DNA of 64,000 nt from Desulfatiglandales bacterium (GTDB lineage Bacteria > Desulfobacterota > DSM-4660 > Desulfatiglandales > HGW-15): positions 1,856,001 to 1,920,000 of the forward strand of contig CAXXJJ010000001.1 in assembly GCA_963667015.2 (NCBI GenBank), in the 5' to 3' direction. Both the position numbers and the translations under genes were made by a program. The notes under the pieces were generated by a model that worked only from the letters and a program-made list of their open reading frames with translations, made no database searches and had not been told where the DNA came from. Position 1 is the stretch's first letter. Every line of letters starts with the position of its first letter. This document shows, piece by piece, positions 30,625 through 40,000 of the stretch.

Positions 30625-31479
30625 ATGATAACCAACAATATCCGTAATACTCTAAAAGAAATAACAGATGAACTCTGCGATTTACTCAAAGGTATTCCTG
30701 TAAGAAGAAGAGAGCGTTCTGCAGAACTGCTGATTGTCGCACATGATTATTATTTGGAGGAATTGACACCTGATCAGCAGAATCTTCAAATGAAAATCAA
30801 AAGAATGTATGAGCCAGTCTTTGAACTGTTAAAGGTAATATTTCATAATGCTCCTGATAATGTTTACAATGATTTTATTGATCAGGATAAATCGTTTAGG
30901 GAGTGGCTTGAACTTACATTAAGCTGGTCTCTCTCACCCGACTATGAATCAAATGTTAAAAATCTAAAGGAAGAATTAAATGGTTTTGAAAAGCTTATAG
31001 ACATCCTTGAAAGTGACGGAAACGAAAAAGTAATTCTGATCCCGGATACAAATTCATTATTAACATCCTGTGAACCAAATGATTATAAAGCTATTGCAGA
31101 GTCTGATAAGTTTGATTTTCTACTACTTCCAACTGTCCTTGGAGAACTTGATAAACTGAAAATAGAACATAAGAATCCCGATGTGAGAGACAAGGCAAAG
31201 AAAATTATCACAAGGTTTAAAGGATGGAGAAAGCAAGGTTCTCTATCAGATGGCGTAACAGTAAATAAGACAATTACTGTCAGAGCTGAGCATAAAGAAC
31301 CCAACATGAAAAATACTCTGTCCTGGCTTGATAAAGAAAACTCAGATGACCGTATCATTGCAAGCGTTCTCTCTGTCCAATCAGAATCACCTTCTGCAAA
31401 AATTATCTTAGTCACAGGAGATATTAATCTTCTAAACAAAGCTGATCCTGCCATGATTGAGACAGGGGAATTAGAATAA
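30625..31479 (+). CDS. PIN domain-containing protein
   Basis: LIPDTNSLL, TVLGELDKLK, SDDRII, LVTGDINL. Confidence 0.8.
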   Translation: MITNNIRNTLKEITDELCDLLKGIPVRRRERSAELLIVAHDYYLEELTPDQQNLQMKIKRMYEPVFELLKVIFHNAPDNVYNDFIDQDKSFREWLELTLSWSLSPDYESNVKNLKEELNGFEKLIDILESDGNEKVILIPDTNSLLTSCEPNDYKAIAESDKFDFLLLPTVLGELDKLKIEHKNPDVRDKAKKIITRFKGWRKQGSLSDGVTVNKTITVRAEHKEPNMKNTLSWLDKENSDDRIIASVLSVQSESPSAKIILVTGDINLLNKADPAMIETGELE

Positions 31480-31497
31480 ATAAGGATAAAAACAGTC

Positions 31498-31851
31498 ATG
31501 GAACTTTTTAAAATTATCAGTGCATATCCGAAATTATCAATGGCAATATTGTCACCCGTTCTTCTGTGCATAGGGTACTTTTTTCGTTTAAGAGTTGAGA
31601 AGAAAAAGAATTTGAAAGGTGCACTATACATACTCCTTGAAATATGGCATCGCTTATCAGTCTTCTATCGGAATGATTTTTCAGGAGTATATGACCAGGT
31701 CTTCAGTCAGATTCAAAAGTTGTTTCCTAATCAAGAGATCCCAAAAGAAATGCTTGATTCCACAAAAAAACAGTTTTCACCCATGCTAAATAATCTTTCA
31801 AGAAATGTCGCTTTAGTTGGACTAAAAGACTATGCGAGAACTCAATGGTAA
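31498..31851 (+). CDS. Hypothetical membrane protein, probably 3'-truncated
   Basis: N-terminal hydrophobic helix; ORF ends directly at a GGGGAC junction motif. Confidence 0.5.
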   Translation: MELFKIISAYPKLSMAILSPVLLCIGYFFRLRVEKKKNLKGALYILLEIWHRLSVFYRNDFSGVYDQVFSQIQKLFPNQEIPKEMLDSTKKQFSPMLNNLSRNVALVGLKDYARTQW

Positions 31852-32003
31852 TGGGGACGCCCTAAACTTATTAACTTCACAGATGTTGTCGCTTGCGAAA
31901 GGGTGTCAGGTCATTACTTTTTACAGATGTCTAGTGGGGCGTTCTGTTCGGTTATACAGGCCAATAGAATAACTTGTTAAAGCTTAAAGGTTATCAATAT
32001 CCG

Positions 32004-32070
32004 GGAGAACAAAATCGCTATTTAGCGGATTTGGCAATATCGCCATTTCCGCTGAATAGCATAGTTGAAT
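32004..32070 (-). other. attC-like integron recombination site
   Basis: Minus strand ATTCAAC-tatgct-attcagcgga...tccgctaaat-agcgatttt-GTTCTCC; resembles the site at 60009-60070. Confidence 0.5.
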
Positions 32071-32092
32071 AGTTATATTGCCTCATTTCAGC

Positions 32093-32154
32093 TTTTGACG
32101 AAAAGTTCACAGGCGGCGTCTTATCCCCCGGTCATGTGAAACGTCTGGTTCGCT
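32093..32154 (-). other. Degenerate attC-like site directly after the antitoxin stop
   Basis: Minus strand AGCGAAC-cagacg-tttcacatgac...gcctgtgaa-cttttc-GTCAAAA. Confidence 0.4.
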
Positions 32155-32158
32155 GACT

Positions 32159-32434
32159 TCATGCAACTTCCAGGTGGAGTTGTTTACCCAGGGCTTGAGC
32201 ATAATTAACTAATGTAGATAGGCGGATATCCTCAGCATGATTTTCAATTCGGGATATTGCAGATTTTTTTGTTCGCAATTTTTTAGCGACATCCTCTTGC
32301 GTATAACCTGCCTCAAGTCTGGCTTGTTTTAATAAAACACCTATTTTGAATTGTTCATAGCCTTTATCAAAGTTCTTTTTAAACTTAGGACTTTTTTTCT
32401 TTCTTTCTTCAATATATTTATCAAGATCGTCCAT
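32159..32434 (-). CDS. XRE-family HTH antitoxin (HigA-like)
   Basis: [31 protein letters not shown]. Confidence 0.9.
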   Translation of the reverse strand: MDDLDKYIEERKKKSPKFKKNFDKGYEQFKIGVLLKQARLEAGYTQEDVAKKLRTKKSAISRIENHAEDIRLSTLVNYAQALGKQLHLEVA

Positions 32435-32438
32435 TTGT

Positions 32439-32783
32439 TTACCCCCTGCTTAAAAATTCTTTCTTTCTTTTTTCCGCCAACTTTATTTCATTTATTGGAG
32501 TTTTTTGACTCTTCTTCTGAAAAGAATTCGTAAGTATAATTATTTCTCTTCCTTGAAAGAAACCAAGTAAACGGAATGTGTTATTGCCTACATCAACTCG
32601 GACTTCCCAAATGTCATCAGTGTTTTTGAGTTTCTTGAAATATTTTGCCGGAACCAAATCTAATTCCCGTACCAATTTCAATACCCATGCTATTTTTATT
32701 ACCTGGATATCTGAAAGAGTATCCAAATAAGATTTGACAGGGCATTTTCCTGATTTTGTTGTGTAGAAACTTATTGATTTCAT
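32439..32783 (-). CDS. RelE/ParE superfamily toxin (phage Gp49-like)
   Basis: [28 protein letters not shown] motifs; toxin-first gene order. Confidence 0.9.
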   Translation of the reverse strand: MKSISFYTTKSGKCPVKSYLDTLSDIQVIKIAWVLKLVRELDLVPAKYFKKLKNTDDIWEVRVDVGNNTFRLLGFFQGREIIILTNSFQKKSQKTPINEIKLAEKRKKEFLSRG

Positions 32784-32789
32784 GGTAAT

Positions 32790-32818
32790 AGAGTAAACAT
32801 ATATGTGAACATTGTCAA
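32790..32818 (-). promoter_or_regulatory. Sigma70 promoter with operator palindrome, likely leaderless transcript
   Basis: TTGACA(32818)-N17-TACTCT ending 6 nt before the ATG; palindrome gttcacatatatgtttac. Confidence 0.7.
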
Positions 32819-33153
32819 GCGGGATATTTTCCTCTTATTAATAAAGGGTGACGCTGTATTAATAAAGTAAAAGGGGACGGTGGTTCCGAAGCAATTTAAT
32901 TGAACGAAAAGGGATGCGAAAAGGAGCGGGGTCGTGACCCGATTTAACAAATACAGAGAATGTTTAATTGGATAAATCTTCACTTTTGACAGTCAGAAAG
33001 GGTCGCCGATTAGCTTTTGTTTATGTTAAAACAGGAAAATAAAAAATGGATTTCCCGGTTTCGCCTTCACGAAAGCTACATTTATTCATAAAATATTTAT
33101 TGATACCTATACCACTATCCGGTATAATTTGTGCAAAATATTAAAGGCAAAAA

Positions 33154-33453
33154 ATGGCGATTCTGAATTTTAAAACCAAAGGCACTGAGGATATAAATTA
33201 TAACAGGATCACAAAAGAAGCTCTTAGAATCCTTCCCAGGGAGTTACATCTTAAAGCTCGGATAAAACTTGCACGCCTGGGCGCTGTAACATCAATGCAG
33301 GATTTGCTGGAAATACGCGGGAACAGGTTTGAAAAATTGTCAGGAGATAGAAAAGGCCAATTCAGTATACTGATTAATGATCAATATCGGATTTGCTTTA
33401 AATGGGAAAAAGAAAATGCCATTGATGTCGAGATTATCGATTATCATAGATAA
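33154..33453 (+). CDS. higB: HigB (RelE-like) toxin
   Basis: GNRFEKLSGDRKGQFSILINDQYRICFKW..VEIIDYH; TTGATA-N17-TATAAT promoter at 33100-33128. Confidence 0.92.
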   Translation: MAILNFKTKGTEDINYNRITKEALRILPRELHLKARIKLARLGAVTSMQDLLEIRGNRFEKLSGDRKGQFSILINDQYRICFKWEKENAIDVEIIDYHR

Positions 33454-33464
33454 GGAGTCATATC

Positions 33465-33749
33465 ATGGATAAAATACATTATACACCCATTCATCCGGGT
33501 GAAGTGCTAAAAGATGAACTTGAGGAGATGGGGTTAACTCAAACTACATTAGCAAGACACATTGGAGTACTTCCAAAGACAATCAACGAAATCTGTCGAG
33601 GTAAAAGAGGAATAAGTGCTGAAATGTCTATGAAACTCTCAAAGGCTTTTGGGGGCAGTCCTCAATTCTGGTTGAATTTACAAAATAACTGGGAGATCAG
33701 CCAGATCGATGAAAGTGTTTTTGAAGATATTAAACAAGTTGCTGTATAA
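33465..33749 (+). CDS. higA: HigA antitoxin
   Basis: PIHPGEVL..INEICRGKRGIS..FWLNLQ. Confidence 0.92.
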   Translation: MDKIHYTPIHPGEVLKDELEEMGLTQTTLARHIGVLPKTINEICRGKRGISAEMSMKLSKAFGGSPQFWLNLQNNWEISQIDESVFEDIKQVAV

Positions 33750-33849
33750 TAAGCCATTTTTTTAGAATGATGATCTTCATATCTTTTAAGTGCAGACTGA
33801 AGTAATGAAAATAAATAGTTTTCTTCATCCTGACAGAATCCAATATAAC

Positions 33850-34050
33850 AAGCCAAAAACAAATGGATGCCTGCCTTCAAAGACATGTGAGAGAAATTCA
33901 GGCAGGGTAATGTTTTTATCTTTTCTCACCATAAAGGCTGCCAGCAGGGCCATTCCCCATGCTCCGCCCTCTCCTGCGGTTTTAAGGGTGGAAACGGGTG
34001 TGCCGGTAGCTGCGGCCATGATTTTTTCCCCGACTCCCGGAGATTTGAAA
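33850..34050 (-). pseudogene. C-terminal fragment of an FGGY carbohydrate kinase
   Basis: LFKSPGVGEKIMAAATGTPVSTLKTAGEGGAWGMALLA. Confidence 0.6.
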
Positions 34051-34441
34051 AGAAAAGCAACTGTGTCAGGTCTTTAATTTTTACAGGGGGCTGGAGAATG
34101 TTCTGAAAGACCTCTACGATTCCTTTGATGCAAAACCGTCAGTGAAAAAACTTAAAATTCTCCTTGATTACAGGGCTTCGGTTGAAGATGTGTCAATTAC
34201 ACCTGATAAGCTCGTTATTACAGAGCTTAATGATATAATAGAAGTGCTCGCAAAGGCTTCTCATGCGACATATGGCGCAATAAGCGAAAAAAAGAGGGCT
34301 GGGAATGGGTGCCTGCAAGGGTAGAGAAAGACAATACTGGATGAAGGATTTTCTATTGTAAAATAGATAATATAAAAATTGTTGATCTGCTGTGTGCTCT
34401 GTGTTGAATCCTCTTTTAAAAAAAGATAATATTAACCAAAC

Positions 34442-34479
34442 AAAAAGCCTGCACCCTGTGAAAAGGGGCAGGCTTTTTT
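34442..34479. terminator. Bidirectional intrinsic terminator downstream of AOR
   Basis: aaaaagcctgc...gcaggcttttt. Confidence 0.75.
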
Positions 34480-34494
34480 ACTAATGCTTAACGG

Positions 34495-36609
34495 CTATCC
34501 TAATTTATTCTTGGACTTCATATAGTCGGCTACTTTTTTCATTCCGAGACCTTCATAGGTTTTCCGTGTAGGATATCCTGAATCCTTATCCCATCCTTCA
34601 ACCTTATAGAAGTGGTTCTTCCACTGCTCGACTCCATCCTCGGTGAAATAAAGTTCTTTGCAGTCTTGCCAGTCCCAGTTCTTTCCATCATATATTGGTT
34701 TGCTGGTGTCATAACCGCAATATGATGCCCCGGGTCTATAATAGTATCCCGTGAACTTCTCCATATTTCTGTGTCTTCCCTGAAGAGCGAAAATTGCACG
34801 TTTCAGGTTCCATGCACGGCGCCCAATTTCCAGGCCATCCTGGAAGGTGTCGTTTCTTCCGGTAATTGCATTCAGGTATTTTGGCTCAGCTTCCGAAGTA
34901 TGCCCGTATCCCTTTGGATGGCTTGCATTAAAGAGTTTGGCATAGCCCCAGTCACAAAAACCAACAGATTCCTTATAATAGGTCCAGTAATGCATACGCC
35001 ATGCAACAAATTCCGCTGTATGTTTTGAAAAGATACCGGTTTTATAAGCCTGATCACCCTTCCAGCTGAAATCAAACCAGTAGGGGTTGTTTCCGGTTGT
35101 TCGTTCGGCCATGACGTTTACAAACTTTTCACAGGTCCATTTTGAATCACCACCACCTCCGCCGAAGCCGCGGGAAGGATTAGCCATACCCATGTCATGA
35201 CTGTTTATATCTCTGGAATCCATCAGGTTACCGTAAGCCCAGTCAACACCCGGCATTGACCAGTGATCCATAAATCCCCACATAGTCTGTCTGCAGATGG
35301 TTTTAAAGTCATCTGTTCGTCCGAGTTCTTCACAAAAACGTGCAGTACCTTCAGCCAGAAGATTACCGATACCATATCTGTTTGCAAGAGCGATCCCATA
35401 GATTTCCATGAACTCCATGGATGGGAACTTGCTCATATCGAGCGGGGCCATATCATATTTGGTGCCCGGACCGATTATGCCCATATCAAACATTCTCTTC
35501 ATGTACCAGCCAAGAGCCGAATATGCCGGAACCTCGGGTTGAATCGGGAAATCCGGATTATGTGAAGTAGAAAAGGCCATTGGGCCCTGGAAACATGTTT
35601 CCATGCCATTTATACCAAGCTGCTGGATTATGTCGGTTCCTTTCCTGTTCATCAGGCTTATTTCAGGTCCTCTGGGTTCCAGTCCTTTAGCATCCTCTTT
35701 CGTCAGGCTGCACCATGTTGATTCAGCGCAGTCATCTGAATCCTGGCTGTATGCCCTGGTTCTGTTATGACATTTTCTTGCATGACCGCAGGCAACACAG
35801 CAGGAGCTGACATCATTGCCGCCGCCAAATCCGCCAAAACCTCCTCCTCCGGACGGCCATGTCCTGTCATACCAGTCCCTTGCATCCTTCAATCCTTTGG
35901 GGTCGGCTATTGATATGCCTTTTGTTCCAATAACAGCTACTGCTTTGAGGTTCTTTGATCCGAAAACTCCGCCAAATCCACCCTGTCCGGCACCGCTTCC
36001 TCCTCCATGTACCAGTGAAGCAACCCTGGTCATGTTTTCACCTGCTGCGCCGATAGTTACAATAGCCGGTCTCTGAAGGGTATACCTGTCACCAATTTCC
36101 TGCCATTCCTGACCGTATCGGACGCCGGATTTTTTCCATATCTCTTCCTGGCATTTCCATGTTGTAAGTCCCCACAGATCTTTGGCATCTTCAATGGTGA
36201 CTTTGTCATCTACTATATTGATATATACCGGAGATTCCGCCCTTCCTATGACCGCCACACCATCCCAGCCGGCCATTCTCAAGAATGTGGAAAACATACC
36301 TCCAAAATTACTGTGTGAAAACCATTGTATCGGATAACACTGAGGTGACAAGCCGGATACGCTTGTCCTTGCTCCCCATGGAACACCTGTTCCGCCTAAG
36401 AGCCCGGGCATAAGGGCAACCATGTTTTTGGGGTTAAATGCATCCTGAAGGTCCCAGTCTCCCGGTTCAACACAAAACTCCCAGAAAAGAGCTGTTGCCA
36501 TTCCATGACCAGCGCCATATGGTTCATATTTTTCTGTATCTAATGGTATTATTTCTTTGGTAGTAAGATTAACTAACAGTATCTTTCCACCGTATCCTGG
36601 TGTAGCCAT
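34495..36609 (-). CDS. Aldehyde ferredoxin oxidoreductase (tungstopterin AOR/YdhV family)
   Basis: GYGGKILLVNLT, GGVFGSKNLKAVAV, LAEG, GWD..GYPT..LG motifs. Confidence 0.9.
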   Translation of the reverse strand: MATPGYGGKILLVNLTTKEIIPLDTEKYEPYGAGHGMATALFWEFCVEPGDWDLQDAFNPKNMVALMPGLLGGTGVPWGARTSVSGLSPQCYPIQWFSHSNFGGMFSTFLRMAGWDGVAVIGRAESPVYINIVDDKVTIEDAKDLWGLTTWKCQEEIWKKSGVRYGQEWQEIGDRYTLQRPAIVTIGAAGENMTRVASLVHGGGSGAGQGGFGGVFGSKNLKAVAVIGTKGISIADPKGLKDARDWYDRTWPSGGGGFGGFGGGNDVSSCCVACGHARKCHNRTRAYSQDSDDCAESTWCSLTKEDAKGLEPRGPEISLMNRKGTDIIQQLGINGMETCFQGPMAFSTSHNPDFPIQPEVPAYSALGWYMKRMFDMGIIGPGTKYDMAPLDMSKFPSMEFMEIYGIALANRYGIGNLLAEGTARFCEELGRTDDFKTICRQTMWGFMDHWSMPGVDWAYGNLMDSRDINSHDMGMANPSRGFGGGGGDSKWTCEKFVNVMAERTTGNNPYWFDFSWKGDQAYKTGIFSKHTAEFVAWRMHYWTYYKESVGFCDWGYAKLFNASHPKGYGHTSEAEPKYLNAITGRNDTFQDGLEIGRRAWNLKRAIFALQGRHRNMEKFTGYYYRPGASYCGYDTSKPIYDGKNWDWQDCKELYFTEDGVEQWKNHFYKVEGWDKDSGYPTRKTYEGLGMKKVADYMKSKNKLG

Positions 36610-36629
36610 ATTTGTACTCCTTTCCTTTA

Positions 36630-37361
36630 TTAGTGATCAGCCTTGGGTTTGCCCTTTGGAGCTCCAAAAAAATTCGGCATGGGCTTCCGGGGAGGTTGAA
36701 GATTCCGGTCATATCCATTGCTGTCGGTCTGATCCGGAAGCTCAGTTACAACCTTTAAAGCATTTGCCACACAGGCGTCAACACATGCCTGTGAACCATT
36801 GATGCCGCCCTTTTTATTAAAATAAGGGGTATCAGTACACAAGTCGCACTTCATGGCCTTTTCTGTAACATGGTTCCAAATGGGGCGGTGGGGTATAACC
36901 GGACAGGATTCTATACAGGTTTTGCAGCCTATACAGTCATCGGCATTAATCATTCGTACATTACCGTTTTCTTCGCTGATATGGCATGCACCTGTCGGGC
37001 AGTTTATAACACATAATGGTTCAGGACATTGCCTGCATGTGTGTATTTGAATATCTGAAGGATATTGTTTAAGAACCGCCCTGTGAACCTGAATTCTTGA
37101 CAGGGAAAGGTTTACCTGTCCCTCATGTACCAGTGAGCACGCTATCATGCATCCGTAGCAACCCGCGCAATTTTTACTGTCACAAATCAGATACTTTGAT
37201 GAAAGAGGATATTCCTCTTTTTCCTGGGCTTCTGCTTTTTGCGGGGCATAAACCGCCAGAGCACCTCCAGCAACAGCAGCTCCTCCAAATGCCAGGAAAT
37301 CACGCCTCGAGAATTCTTTTTTTTCAGCTTTTTCGGGGACTTTGTTTTTGTCTTTAGCCAT
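36630..37361 (-). CDS. 4Fe-4S ferredoxin-like subunit with Tat signal (YdhY/DmsB-like)
   Basis: FSRRDFL twin-arginine motif and AEA cleavage site; four Cys clusters. Confidence 0.88.
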   Translation of the reverse strand: MAKDKNKVPEKAEKKEFSRRDFLAFGGAAVAGGALAVYAPQKAEAQEKEEYPLSSKYLICDSKNCAGCYGCMIACSLVHEGQVNLSLSRIQVHRAVLKQYPSDIQIHTCRQCPEPLCVINCPTGACHISEENGNVRMINADDCIGCKTCIESCPVIPHRPIWNHVTEKAMKCDLCTDTPYFNKKGGINGSQACVDACVANALKVVTELPDQTDSNGYDRNLQPPRKPMPNFFGAPKGKPKADH

Positions 37362-37812
37362 GAATAATACCTCCATTGACTGCTTAAATTTCACCACTGT
37401 CCCGATTACTTACCTCAAAACTTCTAAGGTTCTCACTTCAATAGGGTTTTGCGGAGTATATCAGGATATTCGGCACCATCATTAAAAATACATCTCTCAC
37501 GTTATGTTAATATAAAAATATGAATATAAGGTGTCAAGACAATAATGGCTTTATACTTGAATAATATGGTTAAAAAATGAGAAGAGGAGTTAATAAATGA
37601 TCGGCTTTTGCCCTGGTAATGGCTGAGAGGTTCATTTTTGCCATTTCAGCTCTATTTTTTTGACCACATTAATGCCATAGAGGTAATTTTGAGGATAAAA
37701 ATGTTCATCCGGTGTTCATCTGGCAGATAATTGCTGTAATCCCGGAAATTACATTTTGAATTCCTCTGATTCATAACATAAAAAACCGCATAGACCGATA
37801 TAGGTTATTAAA

Positions 37813-37992
37813 TAGTTTCCATCCATAAACGGCTCTTTTTCACAATCTCTGCGTCAATCTGCGGAATGACTTGTGCGATGTACTAAAGTACATCTCCGCG
37901 CCATTCCTTGAGTTCCTTGATCTTGTAAAAAATATCTCGTTTATGAATTGGAAACCAATTAGTGCCTCAAAACTGTTTATGGATGGGCACTA
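37813..37992 (+). mobile_element. Non-autonomous MITE-like element (plus short nested copy)
   Basis: Ends tagtttccatccataaac / gtttatggatgggcacta; near-identical inverted copy at 59647-59772. Confidence 0.75.
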
Positions 37993-38038
37993 AATAAATT
38001 ACTGGTTTATTAAGCTGTCTGGCAGTATAAAGATATAC

Positions 38039-39988
38039 ATGGATGCCTGTAAGAAAATTATTACCACGTGTACGAGGGACTGCCCCAATACCTGCGGACT
38101 TGTTGCAGAGGTCAGGGAAGGGCGACTGGTAAAATTGTCCGGCTCTCCCGGGCACCCTTTTACCAGGGGTGTTGCATGCCATAAGACCTCAAATTATATA
38201 AAAAGGGTTTACAGCTCAGAGAGAATAACATCTCCCATGATTCGAAGTAAATCAGGCTGGCAGGCGGTCTCATGGGAGAAGGTGCTTGATCTTATATCAT
38301 CAAAAATTAAAAGTATCATCGATCAGGACGGTCCGGAAGCTATTCTCTATTATCAGGGGTATGGAGAAAGGACTGCCCTCAAACTTCTGAACAGGTATTT
38401 CTTTAATCTCCTCGGCGGTGTAACCACGCTGCGGGGTTCTCTGTGCGGCGGAACAGGGCAGGCATCCCAGAATATGGATCTGGGTATCCGAATATCCCAT
38501 GACCCTCTTGATCACTATAATTCAAAAGCAATGATACTCTGGGCCAGAAATCCTGTTACTACCAATATCAGCCTTGTTCCGGTAATAAAGGATATAAAGA
38601 AAAGGGGCGGCAGGATTATCGCTATAGATCCCTTTAAAAACCGAACCGTTGCTCTTGCTGATCTGCATATTGCTCCGGCTCCGGGGACTGACGCATTTCT
38701 GGCTATGGCAGCATCAAAGATTATTTTTGACAACAAGGCTCAAGATTCTTCCTTTTTAGATAATCATGCTGCTGGTGCTGCTGAATATAGACATATACTT
38801 GATAAATACAGCATTGATGAACTTTGCCGATTATCCGGAATCGACAGATCTGATGCCGAATATCTAGCTTATACGCTTATGAAATATAAACCCGCATCGA
38901 TATTACTTGGCTGGGGACTGCACCGATACAGGGATGCGCATTACTCCATCCGTGCCATTGATGCCCTGGGGGCTGTGTCGGGGAATATAGGAGTGGAGGG
39001 TGGCGGAGTCAGCCAGGGGTTTGAAGAGTACGGCCCATATGATCAAAGATACTGGGGTGACTGGATGAACCCGGACAGGAGAACTCTCCTTATGCCCCTT
39101 ATCGGAGAAGAGCTGCTTAAGGCAGATAGCCCTAAAATCCGTATGATATTTATAACTGCTGCTAATCCGGTATGCATGGCCCCAAACTCCCAGAAGGTAA
39201 TAAAGGCCTTTAATCAGACAGAGTTTATCGTATACAGCGGTCACTTTATGGATGATACTGCAGAACTGGCTGATGTATTTCTGCCTGCGACTACATTTCT
39301 TGAAGAAGATGATATCATGGCAAGCTATGGCCATAACTATGTTGGACCGGTAAACAGGGCAATTGAACCTGTTGGAGAATGCCGCTCAGAATTCGAGATG
39401 TTAAAAGATCTGGCAAAACGATTTCCATTTGCCGATCAATTCTGCCGCAGCGCAGAAGAATGGCTTTTTGAAATATGTGCGCCTGTAAGGGAAAGCGGGT
39501 GCAGTATGGATGAGTTGCGTAAAGGGGCATATCGACTGCCTGAACCAATGGCGCCATATCTTGACAAGAAGTTCCCGACAAAGTCAGGCAAATTTGAGTT
39601 TATGACAGAATTCGATCCTGCCGGGCTGAATACTGAGGGTACTTCCTATCCATATAATCTTTTAACTGTGGCAGCCCATGGTTATATATGTTCCGAACGG
39701 ACCCTGACCGAACATACACCCCTCCCAGAAATATTAGTGCATCCGGCAGAAACAGAGAATTTGGGACTTGCAGATGAAAGCCTTGTGCTGATAGAAAGCA
39801 GGACAGGGGTTGTGAAATGTCTGCTTCGCACGGATACTCAAATGCGCAGAGACTGTATTGTGGCTGAGCGCGGCGGATGGATAAGGGCCGGTCACGGGTT
39901 GAACCAGCTTACACCTGATATGATAAGTGCGGTAGGGGATGGAACACCTTATTACTGTACAAGGGTAAGGCTCTCACCCTGTAAATGA
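38039..39988 (+). CDS. Molybdopterin-dependent oxidoreductase (cytoplasmic, YoaE/YyaE-like)
   Basis: CTRDCPNTC..C Fe-S motif, ADVFLPATTFLE, C-terminal dinucleotide-binding domain. Confidence 0.88.
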   Translation: MDACKKIITTCTRDCPNTCGLVAEVREGRLVKLSGSPGHPFTRGVACHKTSNYIKRVYSSERITSPMIRSKSGWQAVSWEKVLDLISSKIKSIIDQDGPEAILYYQGYGERTALKLLNRYFFNLLGGVTTLRGSLCGGTGQASQNMDLGIRISHDPLDHYNSKAMILWARNPVTTNISLVPVIKDIKKRGGRIIAIDPFKNRTVALADLHIAPAPGTDAFLAMAASKIIFDNKAQDSSFLDNHAAGAAEYRHILDKYSIDELCRLSGIDRSDAEYLAYTLMKYKPASILLGWGLHRYRDAHYSIRAIDALGAVSGNIGVEGGGVSQGFEEYGPYDQRYWGDWMNPDRRTLLMPLIGEELLKADSPKIRMIFITAANPVCMAPNSQKVIKAFNQTEFIVYSGHFMDDTAELADVFLPATTFLEEDDIMASYGHNYVGPVNRAIEPVGECRSEFEMLKDLAKRFPFADQFCRSAEEWLFEICAPVRESGCSMDELRKGAYRLPEPMAPYLDKKFPTKSGKFEFMTEFDPAGLNTEGTSYPYNLLTVAAHGYICSERTLTEHTPLPEILVHPAETENLGLADESLVLIESRTGVVKCLLRTDTQMRRDCIVAERGGWIRAGHGLNQLTPDMISAVGDGTPYYCTRVRLSPCK

Positions 39989-40000
39989 AAAGGAGATAAA

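Noticed and set aside
34142..34324. 60-aa plus-strand ORF
   Set aside because: Possibly a gene fragment, but it has no RBS or recognisable motif to support a call.
8560..34400. Intact integrative element or prophage at tRNA-Glu
   Set aside because: No integrase, phage structural or conjugation genes, and I saw no duplicated tRNA 3' end.
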